Assembly: GCA_047495785.1 (NCBI GenBank)
Contig: JBLDXI010000019.1
Coordinates: forward strand, 3,100,001-3,164,000
Source of the DNA: Lepidodermella squamata
Lineage: Eukaryota; Animalia; Gastrotricha
Length of the DNA: 64,000 nucleotides
Direction of reading: 5' to 3'
Position numbers and translations under genes: made by a program
The notes under the pieces: model-generated
What the model saw: the letters and a program-made list of their open reading frames with translations, nothing else
What the model was told of the DNA's origin: nothing
Database searches by the model: none
Shown: one piece after another, positions 37,893 to 51,175 of the stretch
Position numbering within the stretch: position 1 is the stretch's first letter
Layout of the letters: each line of letters starts with the position of its first letter

Positions 37893-38997
37893 AGATGAAC
37901 GATGAACAATGAATCCTGCTTTCGATATTTATCTGATATAGTCCTTACTTTTGAAGTTTACACTTTTCATTTTTTCTTCGTTGTGACTTTTATTTGTTTT
38001 TGCAGCATTTACTATATTTATTATATTTTGTTTTCATGAGCTTCAACCAATTTATCTCAATGCATTCTCTGATAATTTTTAATAAAGTTTTACGATTGGA
38101 AGTTGGGATTATGACGTCTTATTACGTGCACGCATTTTAAGCAAGGTAATTATGGTCGATGAGTAAGCGAGTCGATAGGTAAGAGTGGTCCAATCACAGA
38201 CCACAGACAAGATCTGCACATGCCACATGGCGCGAATGTTCAGCTATGCTATTTTCGGGTGAAACTGCATCGGACAGCTACGTTGATCATTCCAGATTTT
38301 CCGCGCTGTTCGCTGGCGGTACCTACAGGCCAAGCCGTATAATTCTGTCAGATGTCTGATTTCAAAATATAGTTTGAACTTCAAAATCGTTCAAAATGTA
38401 GAGTTTCGAGTAAAAGTAGGGCTGACACCTCATAATTGATAATAGTGGAGCGTTGTCGCGACATCAAAGCGCGGTGATAGAAGGCGCGCTTGCTTGCAAC
38501 TTGCAAAGCTTGGTACATACAGCTTGGTAATAGAATACAGCGGGCGGCAAAAGCGGCGCAACTATTTTTTGATTTGGTATTGGGCAACTCAACTTGTAAG
38601 AAGTTCAAAGTTCAACTGATTTTTTCTTTTAAATTAAACCTAACGAGTGAAAATTCAATCTTTTATCCGCGATTTAACCCAAGAAATGAACAATTTCGGA
38701 GGAAATTCGGAAAATCCCGATGGTAAGTGGTTCGGTAGTTTTCGGTATTTTACCCGGTTGGACCAAATTTCTCGTACTTCTTAACTCCCCTCCGGACTTT
38801 CTTGAGTTTAACCGATGACATACTTTATTACTATCCTCCTGATTTTTTGCATTTTTCTTAACATTTTCTGACCATGAGAAGAGCTCTGAACCCTTTTCCG
38901 CGAATTTTCTTTGTTTGCGTTACTGATGCGACTCGCTGTATGTCATGCATTTTATGACTTTATTTTTATTTATTTTCTTTTCTGGTACCTGTTGGCT

Positions 38998-40582
38998 TTA
39001 TTTTATCAAAATTGAGTTATGCCGTTGTTTTTGAAGTATCGCTGAATTGTGTTCATCTTGATCAATAATTGTTCCTCTCAGAATTGCATTTCGCGACTTT
39101 TTAAGTAGTGCCCTATGCATGTGCCAGGTGTTTCTAGGCGTTGAAAGTAATGCAACCGTCCAAGGCTGCACTTGATCGAATCTTTTAACCCTCCACGGGT
39201 GACTTCCTACACTGAAATTGCAGAAATGCCGATCAGCGATGTTTGCATGGGCTCGAGCGAAGCCGGTAATGATGAAATCATCCAGCTGTAGACCTAATTT
39301 GCCGACGTTCAAGTTCGGAACCGTCAGCCATAATTCGGCCATCGTATCATTGCCCATGACGTAGATTGCTCCATTATAAAAATCTGGCGCTCTAGAAAAT
39401 ATATCCAAAATCAAAATTCAACGATCAGAATTTTGTATTCTGAAACAAACCTCTCGTAGGGGTAATTCTGAGGTGAAATGTACCATTTCGACCATTGATC
39501 ACGATTCGGTTCACCGTACATCCTGTTCCCCGCTAAAAACATTGGCTCCTGCTCATAAGGCCGCAATAGCTCGAGCAATCGATCAAGAAACACAAACGTA
39601 TCGTCATCCATTGAAACGACAAATCTTGCGTGGGAGCAATGAAGCATGGCCCATCGGAACGCTGCCATTGTCTTGAACATCAACTTATCATAAGCATCCA
39701 CAAAATCGTCGATGATAACCATATCATTATAGAAAATCGATTCCGAAATGAATGTCTTGTACTTATCGGGCAAATCATAGCCAAATTTATCTCGACTAGC
39801 GTCAAAATAGCCTTCTGTAAGTCTATCCGCGTAGAATTTCCTCAGATCGTCTTGTGTTTCGGAATGATAGTCGCAGAATAAAGTAGAATTATCGCAAGGT
39901 CTAATTTTCCGCAGTAAATGTTGATAGCCTTCCCTATCACCGCCTATTTTGCCCTCTTTGGTCTGTCCAACAACGAAAACGTGGCGAATCATATCGGAAT
40001 TCGCAGCGTATAAGGGATGCTTCAACCAGGTACTTCGAATCGCGTTTCTTCTCACAAAGTTGTATGGGGCTGATTTGATGAGTAATAGGATTTTCACGCT
40101 GGTATCAGGCGCGTATTTTCCTGATTTATGGCGGCAGGTCAGAGACCGAGGAGTTAGGAAGGAAGGATTTGGATCGGCGACTTGAGTGAAACAGTTTTCG
40201 CATGCAACAGCCTCAGCTAGTTTTTGCTCTGACATTTTGTCAGTCGTCAGGCGTATTGAGTAGTAGCGTTCGTCTGAGTAAGGTTTTCCCGTTCTTCATT
40301 TTGCTTATAAATTTAAAAATTAGTAAATTTTTCAAAGGTTTACCTGTCTTCAATCATTGCAAGAGTCCTACAATCCTGAAAACCGCCGCGAAACATGTTT
40401 GGATTGATGTCATTTTCTCCCCTAAGAACCAAGCTGGGTAACAAGAATACGTTAAACTCAAGCCATAAAACAATAAGAGGCAGTGTGTAGAAAAGAAAAG
40501 AGCCCAATAAAATTGCTTTGCGCGTTCTTGGCCCAGGTAAGAGGCCTCGTGATGAGCGAATGTATATCATGTACGGCTGCAT
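38998..40582 (-). CDS. GT31 beta-1,3-galactosyl/GlcNAc-transferase-like, paralog A
   Basis: Three exons (~40344-40582, ~39452-40293, 38998-~39392). Type II TM, LLIKSAP.NF.RRNAIRSTW, DF.DAY..L.FKT, MDDDTFV, SKWYIS, PDFYNGAIYVM. Confidence 0.9.
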
Positions 40583-42095
40583 AACTGCGAATCATTCCTT
40601 ATGCGATCAACACTTTACAGTTAATGTGAAACCCAGGATTGGCTTAGAGTTCTCCGAATTTTCGCATATTTTAACCGCACTAATCCTATAAGAATGTCAT
40701 TCACAATTGAAAAGCGTATATTCATCTCTCAGCATTCAGCAGGCGGGTGTTATTGAACGGTAGGTGTTTTACACAAGGCGTGTTCTAGGGACCTATCAGA
40801 TTTACTTCAAGTAAAACCCCGAAAACAATGTTTATAAAAATGGAAGAAAAAATAGTTCATTGCACTGAATAGCAATACTCATTAATTCTCAAATTGAAGA
40901 ACATCATGCTATATCCCATATCAATTTGCGGATCCCAAAATGCGAAAAGCCTGCCGCTCTCTGTGGTCTAGCCATATACCTAGAGATGATCGACGTCTGA
41001 AAATAAACTATCGCAATGGCTAACACTCGCCACTCGCTTGTTAAGCAGCAAACGACGCTGCATGGACCGGCCCTCTACTTACAGGCCCGGCCGGTCCTCT
41101 GCTTGAGTGAGGAACAAGCGACTAGTTGTTTAGCTGTTATTTTATCAGATTCATAGCCCGAAACCTAGTATTCCATTTCGTGATGATAGAGCAGGGACCT
41201 AACAGGTGTTTTGAGAGTTCCTCTCAGTTCGGATTTCGAGATCGCAAATCCCGCCTACGCCTTCGGATGCCCGAGCCGAATGATCTGCTATGAGAGCATT
41301 CAGCGCCAACCATAAGAAGTCCGTGCAGCTCAGGTTGAGGGTAACCAATGACGACTCGGATGATTAAATCAAACATTGGCGACTACCGCCAAATTCACAG
41401 ATGGCAAATGCCAATCGGGTACGATTTTTTGAACATACTCAACGGACGTCGAAATGCAAAGTGGGTTAGTGGGCAAGGACAGAAAGTGTTGATCGCCAGC
41501 CTCATCCTTTCCGGTTCTCAGTCATTCTGTGATCCTCCGATTGCAGAAATGATGAGTTGGGCATTTTGAAAACAGGCTTAATTCATCGCTGTAGCCACAT
41601 GGAATTTGCCATGTTGTTTTATAAGTGAACGTCTTACCTAGCGAACTGGAAACAGTCAAAGTAGCCCACGTTGCTCATATTCACAGTAAATTTGATTTAA
41701 GAATGCTCTTTGGAAAGAAGAGGTGGCTTGAAAACGAAAACACTCACAAAATATTTCGCCATAACCAAGAAATTTCCACCAGAGTTACTGTTATAACGTC
41801 TGCGTGTCAATCTTTAAATTAAATTACATTAGCGAGATTTGTGAAAATTGTGATTCATGATTTTTATGTGATTGACAGGAAGATTGTCAGGGAAAAATAG
41901 AATAATTTTGAAAAATGTCAATATCGACGTGTACTTCAATCAATTTTCAAATACGCCAAAATGAAAACTCAGCATAGTAATTAGGTATAACGCGAAAATG
42001 CGGGGAATTATTTCTGAATGTCTGATTATGAAAGCGTGACAAAGCAGTTTACAAAACCCAACCGTTTCCCCCATTGAATATCACTTTTATGTTTT

Positions 42096-42491
42096 ATGGC
42101 TGACAAAACCCATCGCCGATGTGACTTGTTGAAGTCAGTCTTGACGTTCATGCTAAGTATCATTGCTTCAGTTTGCCTCTTCTACTTGATTCTCGCATCT
42201 GTGACTTCATTATTTCAACTTTATTCGAATACCGATAGCAGCCGAAGTAAGCCAGCTAATTATTTCGGTAAGACTGTAGCACATGCAGGTTTTGATGATT
42301 AAACTGTTCGAATATGTTCAGGGGACACTATTCCCACGAGAAATGATTTCCACATGTTTTTACTCACGGCGGCTAAGAGTCGCGAATTCAAGCAGTGGAT
42401 ATCAGTTCGCCGGACTCAACTTTACTGGCATCCAATGACTCGATCATTCCGACGAAAAAGGGGAATCAGCACTATCAGCACACATGGCTAA
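42096..42491 (+). CDS. CxC-TM small protein family, copy 1 (113 aa)
   Basis: Exons 42096-42267 and 42322-42491. N-terminus and exon 2 align with the five neighbouring copies. Confidence 0.75.
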
Positions 42492-42749
42492 TTAAAATTA
42501 TTATTGAATGATGTAATATTGGCGACCTTTGGCATATAAGTCATGATTTAATACATTTTTCATTTTAATATTTCGAACGGGGATCCACACTTGATCAAAG
42601 ACATTTTCTTTGATCCAAAAACCGACTGCGTTTTGAAGTTTGCCCGAAGTTATGAAGTTGCGAAATAAAGTTGGACAGCAGGCTCAAACCAATTCATAGT
42701 TTCATCGCCAGGTGACTGTTTACCTAATTACGTTTATGGGTAATCTCCC

Positions 42750-43155
42750 ACATTCATACTCATACTCATACTTTTTATTCATGCAAGTTGCATTTCGGAA
42801 TTTAGAATTTTGTACCAGACATCATCGCAAGGCTTATGAGTCAACTATTCCCATGGTTGATGGTCGAACCATAGTTCCCAGGCTTTGCGTGCTGATTAGC
42901 CATACCTTGATTGTCGGTGAATGGCGTCCTACACCGGGAGGGAGGAAACCGCGGTCTCGTGTGGATTTGCTTGGCGATGTTACCAGCAGGTACGCACTTG
43001 AGGATTGTGCCCTAGGCTCGTAGTCGGCTTGATTAACGGTCCCAGAAACGCCGCATTCAATGAGTGGAAGAATGATTGGTGATGCGGTTCTGGGAATTGA
43101 ACCAGTGCCTCTTCGCCGCCAGTGAGGTTCTTGGACCGCTCGACCACTGCTCCCC
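42750..43155 (-). mobile_element. tRNA-derived SINE-like element
   Basis: Minus strand GGGGAGCAG-TGGTCGAGCGG (A box) ... GGTTCAATTCC (B box); 3' end AATAAAAA(GTATGA)3. Confidence 0.7.
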
Positions 43156-44294
43156 ACTCGCACAGCTCATAATAGGCTCTAAGACTTAGAGCCATGCTAA
43201 TGATACTGCTTTAGATGGCGACGCTTTTAATTGATCAAGGCCGCTAATTGAACATGGTGACAAGGATTGCTATTCTATGAAGAAGGGCCATGCGCATGAC
43301 AGATAAATTTATGAATGTTTGACAACGTCTGCTATTAGATTGTTGGCTAATAACAGAAAATAGCGCAGATTTTTTCGGGTAAACTTGATGCGAATCCACT
43401 AGACAATAACTATCACACATTAAAACCTCGAATTAGCAGTAGTTCGACAGAAGTCGGACGAGAGAGCAGCTTGCAAACCTGACGAGACCAATGAAGCTAA
43501 AAATGCAGTCGACAAAATCTGCACCTCATCGGTTGTGTTATAATTGGCAAGTAGAGCACGGTTGATCTCTCCCTTCCCTTTCAGCGATAATCGCAAGCAT
43601 ATTGTGAATTGTGAACAATGTAGAATGTTGGGCCCTCCGATCCTCTTCTCGAGTAACCTCCGAGTCCGATCGAACCAGCCGCATTTATTCCGTGCAGTAA
43701 CTTCGGTTATTCATCGCCGGAATTTGATTCGCAACAAAGAGTACGTGCAATTAGTTGGAGACATCATTTAAAAAGTGTCTCTTGTGTTTCTAATGCCAAT
43801 TTAGAAGCCATTCGAGCAGTCGGATAGGTTTGATTCAACTGAATGCTTCATTTAGAGTCTGTCATGCCTGCTGCTACTGTGTGCCTTGTCATGTCATTCT
43901 GATCTTCACCTTGTAATAATATAGTGGCCAATTTTTGAACATCGTTTGCTAGTTTTGCAGTTTTCCACCTTATGATGTAAATAATAAGGACATTTCTAAC
44001 TTGATCATAACCATTTGTCAACAAGCTATTCTCTGGTCGAAAGAACAGGTGGGATATACGATAAACCTGTAAACAAGTTGGACATTATCGACATCTACTT
44101 TAATCTATGTGTAGCATTATTCGTATAATTTACAACGTACTTAGATCAGGAACGTCCCCACGAGCGATACACAACTAAACCGGACTTATTATCTAATTGT
44201 CTGACTCGAGTGAGAATAAAGGCAATTGACAATGTGGCAGAGCTGCTTATAAAACCCATATCGTACCTGGTTTCATATCGGATTTACCAAATTT

Positions 44295-44720
44295 ATGGCT
44301 GATAACGCCCATTGCCGATGCGACTTATTGAAGTCGATCATCAAGTCTATGGTACTGATCATTGTCTCAGTTTGCCTCCTATACCTACTTCTTGCATCCC
44401 TGACGTCATTACTTCAACTATGTGCACAACCCGACAGTTCCTCATCCAGTCAAACCAGCTATTCTCGTAAGAAAGTGCTTTATGAAAATGTTGTTTCCAA
44501 AATTTCTCGAATAGATGAAGTCGACACTCTTCCGATGCTGCGCGATTCTCAACGAATATTACCCCTTCTGACACGAACGGCCAAGGTGCACGAAAGACAG
44601 CAATGGATAATGGATCGTCTGGCTAAACCTGTCAACCAAATGCCTCCCGACTTGACTCACCTATTCGACCTTAGAAGATCAGCATCGATCAGATACCACA
44701 GTTATTTTTCGAAGGAGTAA
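44295..44720 (+). CDS. CxC-TM small protein family, copy 2 (125 aa spliced; 141 aa if the intron is retained)
   Basis: 48-nt stop-free intron 44467-44514 at the same phase-1 position as in copy 1. TATAAAA at ~44248. Confidence 0.8.
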   Translation: MADNAHCRCDLLKSIIKSMVLIIVSVCLLYLLLASLTSLLQLCAQPDSSSSSQTSYSRKKVLYENVVSKISRIDEVDTLPMLRDSQRILPLLTRTAKVHERQQWIMDRLAKPVNQMPPDLTHLFDLRRSASIRYHSYFSKE

Positions 44721-45921
44721 CCTTCTGTAATTAGCGGATAAAAACCCCTATACAGTATCCAGGCTATGCAGTTATCCCTGGGCCTGCAAGCTAGCCTTGA
44801 GGTTGGAATGTGTTTATATGTACCTATGACCTATGATGTATGGTTGCTATAAAGTATAAACACAGAATTCCGCTCACATAGCCCAATCAATGAACTATGT
44901 TACTCTTGAGATTGATATGATGCCAGTTGTTTTTAAGTGTTGAATGAATGATCAGTGATGATCGATCCAGTCTGTCGAACGCCGAGGACTGAGGTGGACT
45001 ACGGACTAAGGCCCGTTTTAATAACAGCACTCCAAGTGGTTCACTGGAAAACGAAATCCTTATGAGCATAAAAAGCGGAGAGTAGTACAGCCTGCATTCT
45101 GCATTCTAGTAACAAAGTCCGCTTCAGCGACGTAGCTGTCTTGCTGTGTACCCCGATCGTTTATGCCCGTTACAAACTGGCCTTGATTGAAGACCTTGGG
45201 TGAAAAGTGATGCTCGACTCGATAAACTGATGCTTACTATTATGGGAACATATTTATGCAAGGGCGCTTTTTAAACATAGAACTATCTACTATCTACAGT
45301 CAGACCTCGCCATTGTAAATTTCATGAGATTCTATCTAGGATCCTGAAGCTGCCAGGGAGTGTATTTTCCAAAATATCGGCAATTGATATCGGCCTGGCC
45401 GAGCTGGAGGAGAAAGAGGGGAGAGGATGATGAGGCTGATACCAACCATTCCACCTGTCAATAAAGCTTTGTATATCTTTTTGAAAATGTAAATCTCTCA
45501 TTGCTGCATTCAGTTTGACCTGTTTTACGCCATTCAAGGGCTTGTTATTTGAATAATTTTATGACACAAATCCTGTCTTATCGTTCGGCGCTGCGGTGCT
45601 GTTCTCCGGCAAAGCTGAATGTGACCAACTTTTTACTCCCGCGATGATTACCTGGCGTTACGTTTAGCAGTTTCCCAACTCATAGGTAAAAATCAGTGCG
45701 TTATTAACCTAAATGATAAAACTATGATTGTAAGTTCGGAATAAAAGAGCGTTTTTCAAAATTGAGTACAGTATTGACATGTGCTTGAAGCAATATGAAG
45801 ACAAGCTAATAAGACAACTCAACGACCCCATATGATCAATTAGGATCACAATTTAACCCGTGGTATAATAAGCCTGATTAAAGACAGCATGGACGTCGTG
45901 AGACAGTAGGGTTCAATATCA

Positions 45922-46312
45922 ATGTCGTTATTTATCGGAGATCACATATGCAACACTCTTTGTGGGTGCGATTTCGTAAAGTTGATCGTAAAATTGATGG
46001 CACTTCTCATTGTTTCAGTGTGCCTTCTGCATTTGCTCATGGTAACATTGGCGTCGTTGCTGCAACTTTATACAGCAGCTGAATCCGACAGTGACTTAGG
46101 TGGCTCAACCGAATATCATCGTGAGAATGACTTATTGCTAATAAAAATGCATTGAAAAAATTGCTTTAATAGGTCAAGGCGAAATATTTCCGACCCTGTA
46201 CGATTTCCAAACATTTTCAAATCTTGTACGGGCAGCTATGATGCACCAAAAACGACGGTGGATAAGAGATCGCCAAGCTAAAACTAGCTGCAATGCATAT
46301 TTCCTGGCTTAA
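45922..46312 (+). CDS. CxC-TM small protein family, copy 3 (112 aa)
   Basis: Exons 45922-46120 and 46173-46312. The homologous ATG reads ATC; an in-frame ATG lies 4 codons upstream. Confidence 0.7.
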
Positions 46313-47113
46313 TGCATCTTTTCAAGCAAGCGCAGTCTTGCTTGAACTTGGTCGGCCATAATAACATAACATATTAGTAATAATAGCTTTTCTAATTTCG
46401 AGCATTTGGCTGTGCGTCTTTAATTAGGCAATCGGCAATCCCTAAGGCAAGCTGAGGATAGAGAGAAAATGTACATTATAACGCACATGTGCCATTGTAA
46501 CACCTGCTGAGTTTGTTTTCTCGCCTCATAGTGCATTGCCTTTTCACTGGTGAATCGTGAATTTTATAGCCCGAGCCTTCCTTCGATGAAAATATTCGAA
46601 ACAGCTAAATAATCGGCTAATAATATTTCTGCGTCATTTGATGAATAAATAGGCCGGAATAAAACATGATGATATCCTTTCTCGATCTGTTCGACCGTTT
46701 TTTATCCCATGTTGTAGATATGTTTTCTCTGTCTAAACGGTTTCTAAAATTCGAAGCATTTCTTTTCCATTCTAAAGCACATGTTCCTGTCTCTAACGTC
46801 ATAGCTGTGTTATGTCTGAGTGACACAATTTAGGCTTAAATTTCGTTGTCATATTTTCATTTTTATGGTAAATGTAAAAAGCAGGAGCTTGCCAGCTGTC
46901 AATCGCATCAATTTTAAGGTGAATTTTTGAAAAAGAGGTGAATAGTGACGTGACCAGTGACATGAGGAAATTGTGAAGATAGCAACGAACAACATCGAGT
47001 CGTCCCTAGATCATGAACCCAGGCAATTATTTCATGTCGCCTTATTTACATGACAGTGTGACGCGAAAATGTATATAAAAGGGCCTGATTTTCCATCGGA
47101 TATTATCTTATTT

Positions 47114-47474
47114 ATGGCTGATAAAGCTACTTGCGGATGCGACTTGGTGAAGTCTGTCGTTAAGTCGATGGCTCTTCTCATTGTTTCAGTTTGCCTACTG
47201 TATTTGATCCTGGCGTTAATAGCGTCATTGCTTCAACTGTTTTTAGCCGCAAAACCAGAAACTGCCTAGGCTCGACCGAATATTTTCGTAAGGATGCGTC
47301 ATAATTAAAATATGCCTTGGTCAAATTGCTTCAATAGGTATAGGCGAAACACATCCGACGTTGCTCGATTTCCAAACATATTCCGATCTAGCGCGGGCAG
47401 CTAAGAATCAACGCTTAAAACGGTGGATACAGGGTCATCGCGTGAACTTGGCTACTATTCCAAGCTCTCCCTAA
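47114..47474 (+). pseudogene. CxC-TM small protein family, copy 4, frameshifted (51-aa TM-only product or pseudogene)
   Basis: TAG at 47267-47269 just before the conserved donor (47288). Exon 2 (47338-47474) is still open and homologous. Confidence 0.7.
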
Positions 47475-49237
47475 TAAATATGCTTACTGCGCATGGGGAA
47501 TGAACATGTAGCCGATGAATCTTCGAATTCAAGGCATTTTGTTCACTTTATGCTGCTTAATCGAATCTTGTTACGGAATGCTTCTTATAAAGGCAAATAA
47601 ATATAACCGAAATCGGACCTCTAGACCATGGTTGGTCCTGAGCAGTGCGCTAAATATGATCTTCGTACAAAAGGGCACTTCCAGGCCTTAGTTTAATGAA
47701 AAAAGCCACCCCCTTCCTGTGATTTTTCCGGCTATCCAATTTGGTCTTTCGAACTGGGGGTACGATAGCCCTTCCCCCGGTACTTCGCACACAGGTCCTG
47801 AGTTTAATGTTTATTCTCCGACGATTTTTCGCCTCCAGATGTCGAGTTGGCGAGTATGGAGAAGAATTTTACAATTGTTGTATAATCTGGCCATGCGGTC
47901 TTGCGATAACAACGTCGTGTACAATGAATCGATTTTCAGTCATTCCAGATAATACCCTACAACAGTACCGAAAACGACCAGAATACGTAGTACAGGGGGA
48001 ATGGAGGGTACTGACATGAAAACTCGAAACACGAAACATCCACGAGCGGGACGCTATACGCCACAGCGTTTCTATAGCGATGCGGCGTGGAATTGAAGCT
48101 GTTTTCTGTTTTTGCGTCTTATTCAACTAGTCAACCATTTTATTGAATTCAAGTCCTTATTTAAGCGATGTAAGCCTGTTTCTAGATGATGTTTAACGAA
48201 AGAACCAAGCAGTTAGGGCAGCTGAAAACAATTAGGTCTAATTCTTTTTGGCATCGGCAAAATCTTAGCAAAATGAGGTTTCATTCTATTATTATCCTAT
48301 GGCCTAGCTAATTGATGAACCGCGAAATCAATGATATACGCCAATTGATTGATAGACTGCAGTGAGACGACAGGAGGCAGGGTGGCAATTTTCGATACAG
48401 AAACGCCAAACGCAATACTTCTCAACTCCTTGGTTCGATAAAAAGACACCTCAATCGAAGGACAAAAAGTACTCTCGATTTTTTAAATTATCTCCGCTTA
48501 GTAAACTACAATGAAAGCCCTACTTCAAAATCAGATGCTAGTTGTGAAAAACTTCGGTAATAAGGGTATTCGAGAATTCGAAGCAGAGGGGCCGTCTTGC
48601 GATCAAAGCCGAAGAAGCGTTGAATTTTCAATTTTCCCATTCGCTCTCATCATGGATCGATGTTTAATTATGCTTTTTCTACCGTGTTCTTGCAGCAAAG
48701 CTATCATCCATTTCATTGGCAATCTATGAGTCAGGGAAATTTGTATGGGATCAAGTAGATTATTGCCTCGGAAAATCATGGCTAGAAATCGATTCATTAA
48801 ACCGGTTGGAATTTACCTTGAGTTCAGGTTTCAAATTCACCAAACAATTTTACTGAGCTTGTTCGTTTTAATTAGATGGGCTAGCATAAGTGTAACTAAT
48901 TTAATAGCGCGCGAACTGATTCACATGGATTGAGTTCATGGCACATTTGACGGAACATTGAATTTTAGGCGATAGTTAATTACGTTATCCTCATTCTGTT
49001 CTGCAATTTCTGACCTAATTCATCAACAAATGGAAAAATGAACATTTCTATCATCTGGAATGTCGTTTGATATATGAACTGCACAATAATTCTGTCAATT
49101 TTATCTCATCACAGCCCCGATCCGAGAGCTAAGTAATTAAAAAGACTGGCTAATTGGTCTGTGACATGAGTGTAGATTCAAAGAGCTCATTTTTGCATGA
49201 ATAAAATCAAATAGCAAATTTTACATTCCTATCATAA

Positions 49238-49753
49238 ATGCTGGTCAATTTTCACTCAACTGCTTTTGTAATAGCCGCACTGCTGCATGTTTGCCAGGCC
49301 GTCGAAGCTGTTGATAACCGAAAACTTCTACGATTTTCAATGGGAATGGCCCCAAGCAACAAACATCTCACCTGGTCAGCCACAGCCAACAAAATCGAAC
49401 TAATGACACAGAAACATTTTCGGGAACTGACAAAACCCGATTTAAGTGAGTTATAGACGATATTACATAACTTTCATTTCTAAATTATAACGTTTAGGGA
49501 ATCCTATCAAAAATTAGGGAATCAGCCCTCTAATAAAATTCGAAGTCAAATGTTAACAATTTCTAATTTTTCAGGGTTGCTGGCGCTGAAAATGATTGAA
49601 ACCAATGACATTGGCGGGTTACAGGAGCTTATGGCCTTCTCACGTGAGGAAAAGCGGAAGCGTAAAGCTGCCGAGTGTTTCGAACGTTTTGGCGGCCAAG
49701 AAGCCCGCAGTGTCCCATTGATTACAGTGCTCTGTGCTTCGTCAACTAATTGA
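49238..49753 (+). CDS. Orphan secreted prepropeptide (128 aa) with a C-terminal two-Cys peptide after KRKRK
   Basis: Exons 49238-49445 and 49575-49753 splice in frame (KPDL-R-LLALK). Signal peptide present; ends EEKRKRK-AAECFERFGGQEARSVPLITVLCASSTN. Confidence 0.72.
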
Positions 49754-50833
49754 AGATTTCCATGACATTGATATATCGAATATCAAAAACCGGTCGAAAA
49801 CCTCTCGTTTACTCTCCTAACTCCGGAATTCGGAGCCCTGAACTTTCAAATTGCCTTTACCGTTTGCATTGTTCAGTTAAACACGACGGTCAAATCTTAG
49901 TTACATAGTTATCCCACGAGAAAAATAGTGTAAATCTCTGGCAGACATTCGAGTTAGAATGCTTTCCTTCCTTGAATTCGCACCCAATTTGTTGTATACA
50001 TCAACTTCATGCGATTAAATTCGAATCATTTTCCTGCCGATCTTATTATTTTGTTTAAAGGTAATTGCTGTCTTGCTGTGTCACGGCTGTTCAATTGCAT
50101 GTTTTCACGAATTCCGTCTGTACGTTGATTTCTTGGACATGGTCCACGTCCGCATTATTTCAACCTCAAACTGTGAATAAGGACATGTTAAACTAATTGG
50201 AATGAACAAGACGAAAAGTTATTCTTGAAAAATATGATAACAATGACGCATACTTGATTCAAACTGGACATCTGCTGAAACGGGACAGCTCGAAGTTCCC
50301 GGATTAAGAAAGGCGACAGACATGTACAAGGGATACGGGATATGATGTCCAATGTAAATCACCCGATTCACAGGGAGATCACGTATGTTCAATCGACTTC
50401 TCCCAATTTGAATTTGCCAATTTGCGGATAGCTCTCACTTTAACTCAGACTTGATTAAAGCTGTCATGAGTCATGAAAGAGATGGAATTTAACGGTGTTT
50501 TAGCTTACCTGCAGCAATTTATCCTTACGTCCATGACGCTCAAACCTGTTGCTTCGCCAATTAAGTATGTTAATGAAATTTCGTCTGTCAAACTTCACGT
50601 CGTCACTTTCGAGTCGAAATTTTAAATAGTCAAATGTAAATAATGACATTGATTGACATCAAATTAATTACGAGGTCAGAAAAGGAGACATTTTGCAATA
50701 TCGTTGAATCAAGTTGAGAAACGTATGACTCAGCGTCTCTAATTCATCAAGGATATTAGTTTGTAATTGTTGTAATTGTGCCACATCATACATTACTGCT
50801 TTTAAAGTCTAACTCTTAACTAGTTTCTCAGTA

Positions 50834-51175
50834 ATGGCTGAAAACGCTTTGTGTGGATGCGACTTGATCAAGGCCATTGTGAAATCGATTTCACTTCTTA
50901 TCGCTTCAGTTTGCCTACTGTACTTAGTCCTGGCTGCTGTTGCATCATTATTAGAAACGCTTACAACAGATGAATCCGAAAGAAATCCGGCCTTGCAAGC
51001 CAGATATTTCCACATTCACGAAACAATGCATGATTTTGAAACTGCCTCCCATCTGGTACGGGAAGCCGAGAATCACCAACTGAGACGAAGGATACGCAAT
51101 CACTGGGCTGAACCTGAACTCGGCTTCAAACCAATTGTTCCTGATTTCATTAGTCTGTTAAAACGAGGAAAATGA
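50834..51175 (+). CDS. CxC-TM small protein family, copy 5 (113 aa, no coding intron)
   Basis: A single ORF covers both the exon-1 and exon-2 homology regions of the other copies. Confidence 0.8.
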   Translation: MAENALCGCDLIKAIVKSISLLIASVCLLYLVLAAVASLLETLTTDESERNPALQARYFHIHETMHDFETASHLVREAENHQLRRRIRNHWAEPELGFKPIVPDFISLLKRGK

